IMG/VR virus record: IMGVR_UViG_3300014838_000041
Location: 1-38,613 of that record
Reading direction: 5' to 3' (one strand)
Length of the DNA stretch: 38,613 bases
DNA from: a virus
Lineage: Duplodnaviria > Caudoviricetes
The position numbers and the translations under genes were made by a program. The notes below the pieces were generated by a model, which saw nothing but the letters and a program-made list of their open reading frames with translations, had not been told where the DNA came from and made no database searches. The number at the start of each line of letters is the position of its first letter. Position 1 is the first letter of the stretch. Below are positions 16,246 through 24,158 of this stretch, in pieces.

Positions 16246-17762
16246 AGATCGGCCTCCAGAAGGGGTTCAGCAAGGATCAGGTATCGTCGGCCCTCCGCGG
16301 CCTCGGTGACGATGAGGTCGAGCGCCTGGCGTGGATGGTCAAGTGGGTAGACCAGCGCCACGAGTTCCAGGTAGTCCCCGAAGGCAACTGGTCGAACTGG
16401 CTGGCGCTCGCCGGACGCGGTAGCGGCAAGACCAGACTCGGTGCCGAGTGGACCGGGATGAATGCCGCCATGGCCGTCGCAGGAGACCGTAGCCTGGTCG
16501 TGGCGCCTACCAAGGCCGATCTAAGGGACGTGTGCTTCGAGGGAGACAGCGGCCTCGTCCGTACGATCCCGAGCGCCCTGGTGCGGTACTACCACAAGTC
16601 GCCCAGCCCGCAGGTTATGCTGCACAACGGCGCGATGATCGGTGGGATCGCCGCAGCCAGCTTCGAGCGCACCCGCGGACCGCAGTGGAACCGTGCCTGG
16701 TGCGACGAGGTAGCCGCCTGGGGTGAGGACGGCAAGATCGACCCCGAAGAGGTCTGGGACACGATGGTGTTCTCGGTCCGCCTGGGCCAGGACACGCGCA
16801 TCCTTGCGACCACGACGCCGCGACCGAAGCCGCTGATCAAGATGCTGGTGAAAGACCCAGACACCGTGATCACGACCGCGACGACGATGGTCAACCTCGA
16901 CAACCTCTCGCCCGAGTTCGCGCGCCGCATCCTGCGCTACCAGGGCACGAAGATCGGTCGCCAGGAGATCTACGCCGAGCTGATCGACGCCGAAGAGGGC
17001 GGCATCATCAACCGCAGCTGGCTGCGCCTGTGGCCGCACGACAAGCCGCTGCCGATGTTCCACTACATCGTGGCGAGCATCGACCCGGCGTTCAGCGAGG
17101 AGGCGTACGACAAGAAGAAGCAGGTGACCGACCCGAGCGCGATGTCGGTGTGGGGCTGCTTCAAGCTGCCGAACGGCAAGCCCGGCGTGATGCTGCTCGA
17201 TTGCTGGGCTGAGCGGCTGGGGCTGCCTGACCTGGTCAAGAAGGTGATCAACGAGACAGACCGCACGAAGGTGCGCTACGGACAGAGCGACCGCCGACCG
17301 CTCATCTCGCCGACCAAGGGACCGCGCGCTACGATGGACGTCGGTCGACCGGTGGACCTGATCGTGATCGAGGGCAAGGCGAGCGGCAAGTCGCTGCGTC
17401 AGTACCTCGCGAAGGCTGGGATCTTCACCCAGGAGTTCAATCCTGGCATGGCCGACAAGCTCACCCGCGGGCATGTCGTCTCGCCCATCGCCAAGGATGG
17501 TATAATTTGGGTGCCTGAGTCTCCCAGCCGTCCTGGGAAGCCGATGACCTGGGCAGAACCCCTTGTCGAACAAGTCTGTAGCTACTCTGGCCCGGGCAGC
17601 GTGGTGCACGACGACCTGTACGACACGACCACCCAGGCGTGGCGCGTGATCGACTGGCAGTGGCTGCACTACCTGGAGGTCGAGGCGAGTCGCAAGAAGA
17701 AGATCGGTCCAGACACAGAAGCCCGCGCTCGGCGCGTCAACCAGAACCCATACGCAGCGTAA
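16224..17762 (+). CDS. terL: Terminase large subunit
   Basis: AGRGSGKT, RGPQWNRAWCDE, ATTTP, QEIYAE, nuclease residues SIDPA, IEGKASG, HDDLYD. Confidence 0.95.
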   Translation: MQASDLVEIGLQKGFSKDQVSSALRGLGDDEVERLAWMVKWVDQRHEFQVVPEGNWSNWLALAGRGSGKTRLGAEWTGMNAAMAVAGDRSLVVAPTKADLRDVCFEGDSGLVRTIPSALVRYYHKSPSPQVMLHNGAMIGGIAAASFERTRGPQWNRAWCDEVAAWGEDGKIDPEEVWDTMVFSVRLGQDTRILATTTPRPKPLIKMLVKDPDTVITTATTMVNLDNLSPEFARRILRYQGTKIGRQEIYAELIDAEEGGIINRSWLRLWPHDKPLPMFHYIVASIDPAFSEEAYDKKKQVTDPSAMSVWGCFKLPNGKPGVMLLDCWAERLGLPDLVKKVINETDRTKVRYGQSDRRPLISPTKGPRATMDVGRPVDLIVIEGKASGKSLRQYLAKAGIFTQEFNPGMADKLTRGHVVSPIAKDGIIWVPESPSRPGKPMTWAEPLVEQVCSYSGPGSVVHDDLYDTTTQAWRVIDWQWLHYLEVEASRKKKIGPDTEARARRVNQNPYAA

Positions 17763-17765
17763 CCC

Positions 17766-20435
17766 ATGCCCAGCGAAAGCCAGATCCTGCAAGGATTCGA
17801 CCTCGAAGATCCAGAGGACGATCCGAAGACCGACATCGCGACGGACGCGGCTGAGCGCTCACAGGGTAAGGTTCCGGATGATGCTGACACCGAGGAGCTG
17901 GATGACGGCAGCGCGATCCTGACGCTGCACGACAACCGTGAGGTGAAGAAGGCCAAGGAGTTCTACGTCAACCTGGCCGACGGCGAGATCCCTGACGACT
18001 TCCTGCGCACGCTCGCCGTTGAGCTGCTCGACCTGTTCGACAAGGACGTGCTCGCCCGTGAGCAGCGCGACAAGCAGTACGAGGAAGGTCTCAAGCGCAC
18101 AGGGTTCGGGAACGACGCGCCCGGTGGCGCTCAGTTCGAAGGCGCCAGCAAGGTGGTGCACCCGATGATCGCCGAGGTGGCCATCGACTTCAGCGCCAGA
18201 AGCATCAAGGAGCTGTGGCCCGCTGGTGGACCGTGCAAGGACAAGATCATCGGCGAGCCGGACGACAAGAAGGAGGAGAAGGCCAAGCGCAAGGTGCGCT
18301 ACATGAACTGGCAGATGACCGAGCAGATGCCGTCCATGCGGTACGAGATCGAGCAGATCCTCACGCAAGTCCCGATGGGCGGCGTGCAGTACTCCAAACT
18401 CTGGTGGGACGTCAAGCGCCGTCGACCGGTGCACGAGCCGGTGTGGGTCGACGAGATTGTGCTGCCGTTCTCGGCTACAGACTACTACAGCTCGCCGCGC
18501 AAGGCTCACGTCCAGAAGCTCGACGAGTTCACCTTCGACGACCGTGTGCGCAACGGCATCTACCGCGATGTCGACACCATCAGCATCGTCACAGCTCCCG
18601 ACCAGACACAGGCTGAGAAGGCCAACGACAAGATCGAAGGCAAGAGCCTGCAGCCGGAGAACGTCGACGGCCAGCGCGTGGTGATCGAGTTCGCGGTGCA
18701 GTACGTGGTGCCTGACAGCTACCGCGGCATCGAGGACATCAACGACACCGACGAGGGCCCGGCGCCGTACCTGATCAGCATCGACAAGGCGACCCGCAGT
18801 GTCCTGTCCATCTACCGAAACTGGGATGAAGATGATGAGCACATGGATGAGCTTGTCCACATTGTGGAATGGCCATTCCTTCCTTGGCGAGGTGCCATGC
18901 CAATCGGCGCTCCACAAGTCCTGGGAGGCATTGCCGCTGCCGCGACGGGAGCGCTTCGCGCCCTTCTCGATAGCGCCCTCATCAATAACTTCCCAGGCGG
19001 CGTGCACCTCAAGAGCGGCCCGGTCAGTGGCCAGAACATCCGCGTAGAGGCTGGGCAGACGAATGAGATCGACGGCGGCATCATGCAGGATGACATCCGC
19101 AAGACCTTCATGCCGACGCCGGTCAACCCGACCAGCCAAGTCCTGTTCAACCTCCTGGAGTACCTGGTAGACAGTGGCAAAGAGATCGTCAAGACAACCC
19201 TGGATGAAGCAAATGACAATGCGAACGTACCAGTTGGCACAACTATGGCCCGAATTGAGCAACAGATGGTGGTGTTCTCAGCCATTCATTCGCGTCTGCA
19301 CAATGCTATGGGTAAACTGCTCAAGGTTCTTCACCGGCTAGATGCGACCTACCTTGAGGACAACGACGTCGTCTCGCAGACCGGCGAGAAGATGGTGTTC
19401 AAGGCCGACTTCGACGCGCCGGACGACGTCATCCCGGTCAGCGACCCAGAGATCTTCAGCGAGCTGCAGCGCATCGCCCAGGTGCAGACCGTAGCCCAGC
19501 GCGCGCAGCTGTTCCCTCAGCTCTACGACCAGCGCAAGGTCGAGTCCGCGATCCTGAAGATGATGAAGATCACGAACCCGGAGCAGTACCTTGTACCGAA
19601 GCCCGAGCCGAAGCCGCTCAACGCCGCCAACGAAAATATTGCCGCATCCCTTGGTCAGCCAATCACAGCTTTCCCCGACCAGGACCATCTGGCGCATATC
19701 CAGTCGCACATGGCTTTCCTTGAAGACCCGCTATTCGGGGCGAATCCCCTCATGGCGGCTCAGGCTATTGGTGGCATCCTTCAGAACGTCAAAGAGCACA
19801 TGCTGTTCTGGTACGGGACCGAGATCCACCGCATCGCTAGCGAGGCTGCGGGCACAGACATCTCGGAGTTTATGACGATCAAGGACGCCGAGGTCCAGAC
19901 GAAGTTCGACGGCATGCTCGCCGCGGCGACACAGCACGTGCACGTGTTCAGCCAGCAGGTATTCAGCAAGCTGCCTCCAGCGATCCAGAAGGCGCAGCAG
20001 ATGCTCAAGCAGTACTCGCCGCCCCCACCGGTCGACCCGGGCCAGGTGGCGCAGCAGAAGGTCAGCGCCGACACCCAGATCGCCCAGGGTCAGCAGGAGA
20101 TCGACAAGCAGAAGCTCCAGCAGGAGGCGCAGAACGACGCACAGCAGGTCGCGCTCCAGCAGGCCGAGCAGGCTCAGGGTGGCCAGCAGCACGCCGCCGA
20201 GCTGCAGAGCGACCAGACGATTGCGGCCGGTGGCAACCAGACCGACCTGCAGAAGCAGTCCATGGGCGACCAGACGAAGCAGGCCGTGGTACAATCCCAA
20301 GACGCAACCAAGCTCACTGTCACCGCGGAAGACAACAACACCGCCGAGACCATCGCAGGCGCCGAAATGGCAGCGGGCAAGCACACCAACATCTCAGACG
20401 GCCAGGCCGTCGGTAAGAAGAGCCCCACAGTATGA
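17766..20435 (+). CDS. Portal protein (podovirus/P22-like, long Gln-rich tail)
   Basis: Follows TerL; FEGASKVVHP, MNWQMTEQM, LRALLDSA, PVGTTMA, SAIHSRLH, PVSDP, AFPDQDHLAHI. Confidence 0.9.
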   Translation: MPSESQILQGFDLEDPEDDPKTDIATDAAERSQGKVPDDADTEELDDGSAILTLHDNREVKKAKEFYVNLADGEIPDDFLRTLAVELLDLFDKDVLAREQRDKQYEEGLKRTGFGNDAPGGAQFEGASKVVHPMIAEVAIDFSARSIKELWPAGGPCKDKIIGEPDDKKEEKAKRKVRYMNWQMTEQMPSMRYEIEQILTQVPMGGVQYSKLWWDVKRRRPVHEPVWVDEIVLPFSATDYYSSPRKAHVQKLDEFTFDDRVRNGIYRDVDTISIVTAPDQTQAEKANDKIEGKSLQPENVDGQRVVIEFAVQYVVPDSYRGIEDINDTDEGPAPYLISIDKATRSVLSIYRNWDEDDEHMDELVHIVEWPFLPWRGAMPIGAPQVLGGIAAAATGALRALLDSALINNFPGGVHLKSGPVSGQNIRVEAGQTNEIDGGIMQDDIRKTFMPTPVNPTSQVLFNLLEYLVDSGKEIVKTTLDEANDNANVPVGTTMARIEQQMVVFSAIHSRLHNAMGKLLKVLHRLDATYLEDNDVVSQTGEKMVFKADFDAPDDVIPVSDPEIFSELQRIAQVQTVAQRAQLFPQLYDQRKVESAILKMMKITNPEQYLVPKPEPKPLNAANENIAASLGQPITAFPDQDHLAHIQSHMAFLEDPLFGANPLMAAQAIGGILQNVKEHMLFWYGTEIHRIASEAAGTDISEFMTIKDAEVQTKFDGMLAAATQHVHVFSQQVFSKLPPAIQKAQQMLKQYSPPPPVDPGQVAQQKVSADTQIAQGQQEIDKQKLQQEAQNDAQQVALQQAEQAQGGQQHAAELQSDQTIAAGGNQTDLQKQSMGDQTKQAVVQSQDATKLTVTAEDNNTAETIAGAEMAAGKHTNISDGQAVGKKSPTV

Positions 20436-20614
20436 GCAACGCAGCAGACCGCGAGAACAACACGTCGAAGGCGACGGGCGAAGAGCAGCTTGACGCGCAC
20501 CTGATCGGGCCGCGCAAGGTGTACCACCGAGACGGCAAGGACATCGAGGACGCAGCAGCGTTCGACGCCTCGCCGAAGAAGCTCGGCAAGGTGAGCACCC
20601 CGTTCCCCTGGTGA
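20432..20614 (+). CDS. Small protein ending STPFPW
   Basis: ATGA coupling with portal. Confidence 0.65.
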   Translation: MSNAADRENNTSKATGEEQLDAHLIGPRKVYHRDGKDIEDAAAFDASPKKLGKVSTPFPW

Positions 20615-20617
20615 TCC

Positions 20618-20842
20618 ATGGCCAAGCTGTCTGCCAAGGCGCGCAGTAAGCTACCAGCCTCGAAGTTCGCTGGGCCCGGCCGCTCGTTCCCCATCCCTGA
20701 CAAGAAGCACGCCAAGGCCGCGCTGATGCTGATCAACAAGGCACCAGAGAGCGCCCGACCGCACATCCGCGCCGAAGCCCGCAAGAAGCTTTCCAAGGCC
20801 AATGGTGGATCGGTCAAGTGCTCGACACCGTTCCCCTGGTGA
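20618..20842 (+). CDS. Small basic phage protein ending STPFPW
   Basis: L...R-x-x-LP-x-S-x-FA-x-P-x-R-x-FPI-x-D-x-x-HA pattern (DUF6582-like). Confidence 0.75.
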   Translation: MAKLSAKARSKLPASKFAGPGRSFPIPDKKHAKAALMLINKAPESARPHIRAEARKKLSKANGGSVKCSTPFPW

Positions 20843-20854
20843 TGTACCCAGATC

Positions 20855-20977
20855 ATGGCGCACGCGCGCTATAATGCTCGCAGCCCCCAGTGGTGGAAGC
20901 ACCTCAGGGACTGGAAGCGTGTCTACTGGAAAAAGGTGAGAAGTGCGAACAAGCGAGATGCATGCGAAGCTCCTTGA
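20855..20977 (+). CDS. Trp/Arg/Lys-rich 40-aa peptide
   Basis: QWWKHLRDWKRVYWKKVR; fills intergenic gap. Confidence 0.5.
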   Translation: MAHARYNARSPQWWKHLRDWKRVYWKKVRSANKRDACEAP

Positions 20978-21155
20978 CTACCTCAAGAAAGCGCGCGACA
21001 GGCAAGTGATGGATGGACTGAACCCGGTGTCACCTGGCATCGACGTCACGTACGAGTTTGGCCGCCGCATAGGCAACCGCATCGGCATGGATTACATGCT
21101 CCTGTTGGCTGACAAGTTCTTCAACGACGACGAATCAAAGGATGACAAACTGTGA
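20958..21155 (+). CDS. Small helical hypothetical protein
   Basis: ORF between portal region and GroES. Confidence 0.6.
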   Translation: MHAKLLDYLKKARDRQVMDGLNPVSPGIDVTYEFGRRIGNRIGMDYMLLLADKFFNDDESKDDKL

Positions 21156-21544
21156 TGGACCTGGAGCTGTCCCGTTGGGATAAGTGCCGTTCCACGGAGA
21201 TACATCGCAAGAAGCTGGCTGGTAAGGTGATGGGCGCGGATACGCCGCAGTACAGGGTCAGGTTGCAGGGCTGGATCGCTCGTGGCTTGCCGCTCCCAAC
21301 TCGCGTTGAACCCACTGAGTGTGAGTTGTGCCATGAGCCATTCGGAAGACACGGATCGCAGCTGGATCACTGTCACTCTACCGGCACATTTCGGGGGTGG
21401 CTGTGCAAGGGTTGCAACACCGGACTGGGGCTGCTGGGAGACGATCTGGAGTCCATAAAGTTGGCGCTCGCGTACCTGCGCAGACACCAAATTGAGACGC
21501 GCGTCAAAGAATCTGAACCATCGGAGTCAATCGGTCATGACTAG
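21152..21544 (+). CDS. Endonuclease VII-family nuclease (possible homing endonuclease)
   Basis: CELC...LDHCHSTGTFRGWLCKGCNTGLGLLGD. Confidence 0.88.
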   Translation: MMDLELSRWDKCRSTEIHRKKLAGKVMGADTPQYRVRLQGWIARGLPLPTRVEPTECELCHEPFGRHGSQLDHCHSTGTFRGWLCKGCNTGLGLLGDDLESIKLALAYLRRHQIETRVKESEPSESIGHD

Positions 21545-22007
21545 TCTTACCAAGCTCAAGGTTTCTACGATTCTCGATCAAACGCTGGACGAGGCGTTCC
21601 CAGCCGTCGACCCAGGCACCGAGCCGTTCGGGTCGCTGGTTCTCCTGCAGATCAAGGCTGCGGCCACCAAGACCAAGGGCGGGCTGATCCTCAGCGACAA
21701 CACCATCGAGACCGAGGCCGACAACACGAAGGTCGCCAAGGTGCTCGCATGCGGGCCGCTGGCGTTCCACGACCGCGCGACCAAGACCCCGTGGCCCGAA
21801 GGCGCCTGGTGCCAGCCCGGTGAGTTCGTCCGCATCGGCCTGTACGGTGGCGACCGCTGGCGCGTCTGCTACGACACGGTCAAGGTCAAGGACCGCGACG
21901 GCCGCGTGATCCGCGAGCAGAAGGTCTACGCCGAGTTTGCGCTCCTCGAAGACCTGGTGCTCAAGGGCCGCGTGAAGGACCCGCTGGCAGCCCTGGCGTT
22001 CATCTGA
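21537..22007 (+). CDS. groES: GroES-like co-chaperonin
   Basis: PFGSLVLL, KTKGGLIL mobile loop, VLACGPLAF, WCQPGEFV. Confidence 0.85.
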   Translation: MTSLTKLKVSTILDQTLDEAFPAVDPGTEPFGSLVLLQIKAAATKTKGGLILSDNTIETEADNTKVAKVLACGPLAFHDRATKTPWPEGAWCQPGEFVRIGLYGGDRWRVCYDTVKVKDRDGRVIREQKVYAEFALLEDLVLKGRVKDPLAALAFI

Positions 22008-22180
22008 TGCGCTTCCTCAAGGGTGCTCTGACGTTCGTCGACCGCCTTATGATGCATATCTATTGCTGGGTAGCGATCTGCATCCTATACGCGACACTGC
22101 GCGACAACCTCATGTTCCATCACGCTGTGTTTAAACAGATCAACATCCTGGTGCAGGCATGGCAAGGGCTCAAGACGTGA
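22007..22180 (+). CDS. Small membrane protein (57 aa)
   Basis: TGATG and GTGA coupling; hydrophobic core IYCWVAICILYA. Confidence 0.5.
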   Translation: MRFLKGALTFVDRLMMHIYCWVAICILYATLRDNLMFHHAVFKQINILVQAWQGLKT

Positions 22181-22428
22181 TCGACCCGAAGAAGTACCTG
22201 GGGATGAACGTGCACGACGCGCTGGCGGCAGCGTCCCGCGTCGACGAGCGCCTCCGGGTGATGTCGGTAGAGCACATCAAGCACCGTCACAGCGGGGACG
22301 ACATCGACCCGAACGTGATCCAGGTGTGGGTCAAGGCCGGTGTGATCACCAAGGCGATCATGGAGTCGAACACCAATGTCGTGGAACAACCTGATCCCGT
22401 GGGCAGTACTGGAGGCGGAAGCACGTGA
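22177..22428 (+). CDS. Hypothetical protein
   Basis: Coupled ORF; YLG...A...R...D...VWVKAGVI loosely recalls the potato-inhibitor/I78 fold. Confidence 0.55.
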   Translation: MIDPKKYLGMNVHDALAAASRVDERLRVMSVEHIKHRHSGDDIDPNVIQVWVKAGVITKAIMESNTNVVEQPDPVGSTGGGST

Positions 22429-22573
22429 GCGAGAAGAAGCCAGCAAGGCCAAACAGCCGGTGGGCGCACGGCAAGCGCCGCGAGCTGGACGAGGCGGCCG
22501 CAAAGAAGGCCGGGTGGCCGTCGAACCTGCGCGAAGAAAAAGGTTGGCACCGCGGCGTACGGGTAAGGTATAA
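22376..22573 (+). CDS. Small basic hypothetical protein
   Basis: ATG ORF overlapping previous gene; low-complexity tail. Confidence 0.35.
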   Translation: MSWNNLIPWAVLEAEAREREEASKAKQPVGARQAPRAGRGGRKEGRVAVEPARRKRLAPRRTGKV

Positions 22574-22574
22574 T
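22544..22574 (+). promoter_or_regulatory. Promoter of tRNA array
   Basis: Perfect TATAAT 22569-74; TTGGCA 22544-49 after an A-tract. Confidence 0.6.
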
Positions 22575-22654
22575 TGACGGTGACGGCTAGCATCCGTTTC
22601 TAACTGCTCCACGCGGCCACAACCGCCAACGCTGGGAAGAGCAGCGATCAATCT

Positions 22655-22730
22655 CAGGAATTAAGTCAGCGGCCAGACAGCCACGCTTGGAACGTGGAAG
22701 CCGCAGGTTCGAATCCTGCATTCCTGACCA
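22655..22730 (+). tRNA. tRNA-Pro(TGG)
   Basis: Cloverleaf; CCACG-CT TGG AA-CGTGG; GGTTCGAATCC; CCA. Confidence 0.92.
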
Positions 22731-22734
22731 CATT

Positions 22735-22809
22735 GATGCCCTGGCCGAGAGGCTTAGGCAGCGGCCTGCAAAGCCGCGAACGTCGGTTCGAATCCGACGG
22801 GCATCTCCA
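22735..22809 (+). tRNA. tRNA-Cys(GCA)
   Basis: GCGGC-CT GCA AA-GCCGC; U73; CCA. Confidence 0.93.
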
Positions 22810-22814
22810 CAATT

Positions 22815-22887
22815 GGGCTGCGAGCAAGGCACTCGCGCATGCCTTGCAAGCAAGCTGTGCTGGGTGCGAGTCCCAGGCGGTCCACCA
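22815..22887 (+). tRNA. tRNA-Ala(TGC), atypical
   Basis: G3.U70, A73, CT TGC AA loop; non-canonical D arm; T loop TGCGAGT. Confidence 0.8.
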
Positions 22888-22892
22888 AATAA

Positions 22893-22966
22893 GCGGGGTT
22901 GGTCTAGAGGCTGGGCCTCTGCCTTCCAAGCAGAAGAGGCGGGTTCAAGTCCCGCACTCCGCTCCA
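22893..22966 (+). tRNA. tRNA-Gly(TCC)
   Basis: GCG start, U73, TCTGC-CT TCC AA-GCAGA. Confidence 0.93.
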
Positions 22967-22973
22967 CGATTAC

Positions 22974-23045
22974 GCTTCCACACCAGGGGTGGAGCAGCAC
23001 TGTCGATGCTGTGAGCGGCGGGTTCGAGTCCCGCTGGGAGCGCCA
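22974..23045 (+). tRNA. tRNA-Asp(GTC), short D arm
   Basis: GCTTCCA/TGGGAGC, G73, CAGCA-CT GTC GA-TGCTG; followed by a second CCA. Confidence 0.78.
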
Positions 23046-23050
23046 CCAAT

Positions 23051-23127
23051 GCCTTCGTGACCGGAACTGGACACGGCGTGGTTTTCTAGTCCACGATATG
23101 CAGGTTCGAATCCTGTCGAGGGCTCCA
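23051..23127 (+). tRNA. tRNA-Arg(TCT)
   Basis: GTGG-T-TT TCT AG-T-CCAC; GGA in D loop; canonical T arm; CCA. Confidence 0.8.
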
Positions 23128-23128
23128 A

Positions 23129-23158
23129 TTGACACGGTAACATCGGCGATGTTATTGT
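23129..23158 (+). promoter_or_regulatory. Internal tRNA-array promoter with palindromic spacer
   Basis: TTGACA (23129-34), TG-T-TATTGT (23153-58); palindrome TAACATCG-G-CGATGTTA (23138-54). Confidence 0.65.
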
Positions 23159-23179
23159 GCGCGGCTTGAGTCATTCGGA

Positions 23180-23255
23180 GTGGCTGTACCCAAGTAGTTA
23201 AGGGAGGACGCTGTGACCGTCCGACGCATGGGTGCAAATCCCATCAGTCACCCCA
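23180..23255 (+). tRNA. tRNA-His(GTG)
   Basis: GGACG-CT GTG AC-CGTCC; C73; -1 base is A. Confidence 0.88.
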
Positions 23256-23258
23256 AAT

Positions 23259-23333
23259 GGCTCGCTAGCTGAGATGGATTAGCGGCTCCCTGAAAAGGAG
23301 CAGAGCGAGGCTCGATACCTCGGAGAGCCACCA
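23259..23333 (+). tRNA. tRNA-Phe(GAA)
   Basis: GCTCC-CT GAA AA-GGAGC; T loop CTCGATA; one acceptor mismatch. Confidence 0.87.
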
Positions 23334-23342
23334 AGTTTAAAC

Positions 23343-23413
23343 GGCCCACGCGCAGAGCGCAGCGAGATTTTACACGTCACGCGGGCGAGGTTTGAGTCCT
23401 CGGTGAGCCACCA
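23343..23413 (+). tRNA. tRNA-Val(TAC), atypical
   Basis: Mini D arm GCGC-AGA-GCGC; extended anticodon stem; loop TT TAC AC; A73, CCA. Confidence 0.72.
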
Positions 23414-23422
23414 AAGTTTTAC

Positions 23423-23500
23423 TGGCACTTAGCGTTCATGGCGAGTGCGCCGCACTGTTAATGCGGAATGAGCCTGGTTCGATCCCAGGAGTGCCAGCCA
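23423..23500 (+). tRNA. tRNA-Asn(GTT)
   Basis: CCGCA-CT GTT AA-TGCGG; G73. Confidence 0.9.
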
Positions 23501-23506
23501 ATTTAT

Positions 23507-23583
23507 GCCCTTGTAGCTCCAACGGCAGAGCAGCCGCCTTGTAAGCGGACGGATGCGGGTTCAAATCCATGCCTAGGGCACCA
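23507..23583 (+). tRNA. tRNA-Thr(TGT)
   Basis: CCGC-CT TGT AA-GCGG; GCC start; CCA. Confidence 0.88.
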
Positions 23584-23588
23584 TGTTT

Positions 23589-23664
23589 GGCGGGTTATTT
23601 CAGCAGCAGAATACTGGCCTCATAAGCCAAGTGGTCACAGGTGCAAGTCCTGTACCCGCTACCA
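23589..23664 (+). tRNA. tRNA-Met(CAT), elongator type (Ile2 not excluded)
   Basis: TGGC-CT CAT AA-GCCA; G1.U72; no initiator GGG/CCC stem. Confidence 0.82.
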
Positions 23665-23671
23665 AGATTAT

Positions 23672-23745
23672 TCACGGTTCGTCTAATGGCAGGACAGCAG
23701 CCTCTGAAGCTGCCCATGGTGGTTCGAGTCCATCACTGTGAACCA
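23672..23745 (+). tRNA. tRNA-Gln(CTG)
   Basis: GCAGC-CT CTG AA-GCTGC; U1-A72. Confidence 0.92.
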
Positions 23746-23751
23746 ATTTAT

Positions 23752-23825
23752 TCACTGATCGTCTAACGGCAGGACAGCTGGCTTTGAACCAGCGTGTGGT
23801 GGTTCGAGTCCATCTCGGTGATCCA
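23752..23825 (+). tRNA. tRNA-Gln(TTG)
   Basis: GCTGG-CT TTG AA-CCAGC; near-duplicate of previous tRNA body. Confidence 0.92.
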
Positions 23826-23829
23826 ATTT

Positions 23830-23905
23830 GCGCGGATAGCTCAGTTGGAAGAGCAGTCGACCGATAATCGACAGGCCGCTGGTTCGAGCCCAGCTCCACG
23901 CACCA
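23830..23905 (+). tRNA. tRNA-Ile(GAT) with C33
   Basis: GTCGA-CC GAT AA-TCGAC. Confidence 0.88.
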
Positions 23906-23912
23906 AGTATTT

Positions 23913-23988
23913 GCGGATGTCGCATAGAGGCAATTGCGCGACCTTGCCAAGGTCGATACCGTGGGTTCGAGTCCCATCGTCCGCTCCA
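23913..23988 (+). tRNA. tRNA-Gly(GCC)
   Basis: CGACC-TT GCC AA-GGTCG; U73. Confidence 0.93.
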
Positions 23989-23992
23989 ATTT

Positions 23993-24076
23993 GCGCTGCT
24001 GGTGGAACGGCAGACACACCGCGCTTAGAACGCGGCGCCTTCGGGCATGAGGGTTCAAGTCCTTCGCGGCGCACCA
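23993..24076 (+). tRNA. tRNA-Leu(TAG)
   Basis: CCGCG-CT TAG AA-CGCGG; long variable arm; A73. Confidence 0.93.
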
Positions 24077-24082
24077 AGATAC

Positions 24083-24153
24083 GAGGCGGTCCTTCAGGAA
24101 GGTCCCGGTCTCCAAAACCGATAAAGGGGGTTCGACTCCCTCCTGCTTCGCCA
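24083..24153 (+). tRNA. tRNA-Trp(CCA), short D arm
   Basis: CGGT-CT CCA AA-ACCG; D arm CCTT-CAGG-AAGG; G73. Confidence 0.8.
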
Positions 24154-24158
24154 ACCAT

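Noticed and set aside
23051-23127. Possible amber suppressor (CTA within TTTTCTAGT loop)
   Set aside because: Symmetric placement gives TCT. TAG codons in the window end genes cleanly before the next start, so there is no sign of recoding.
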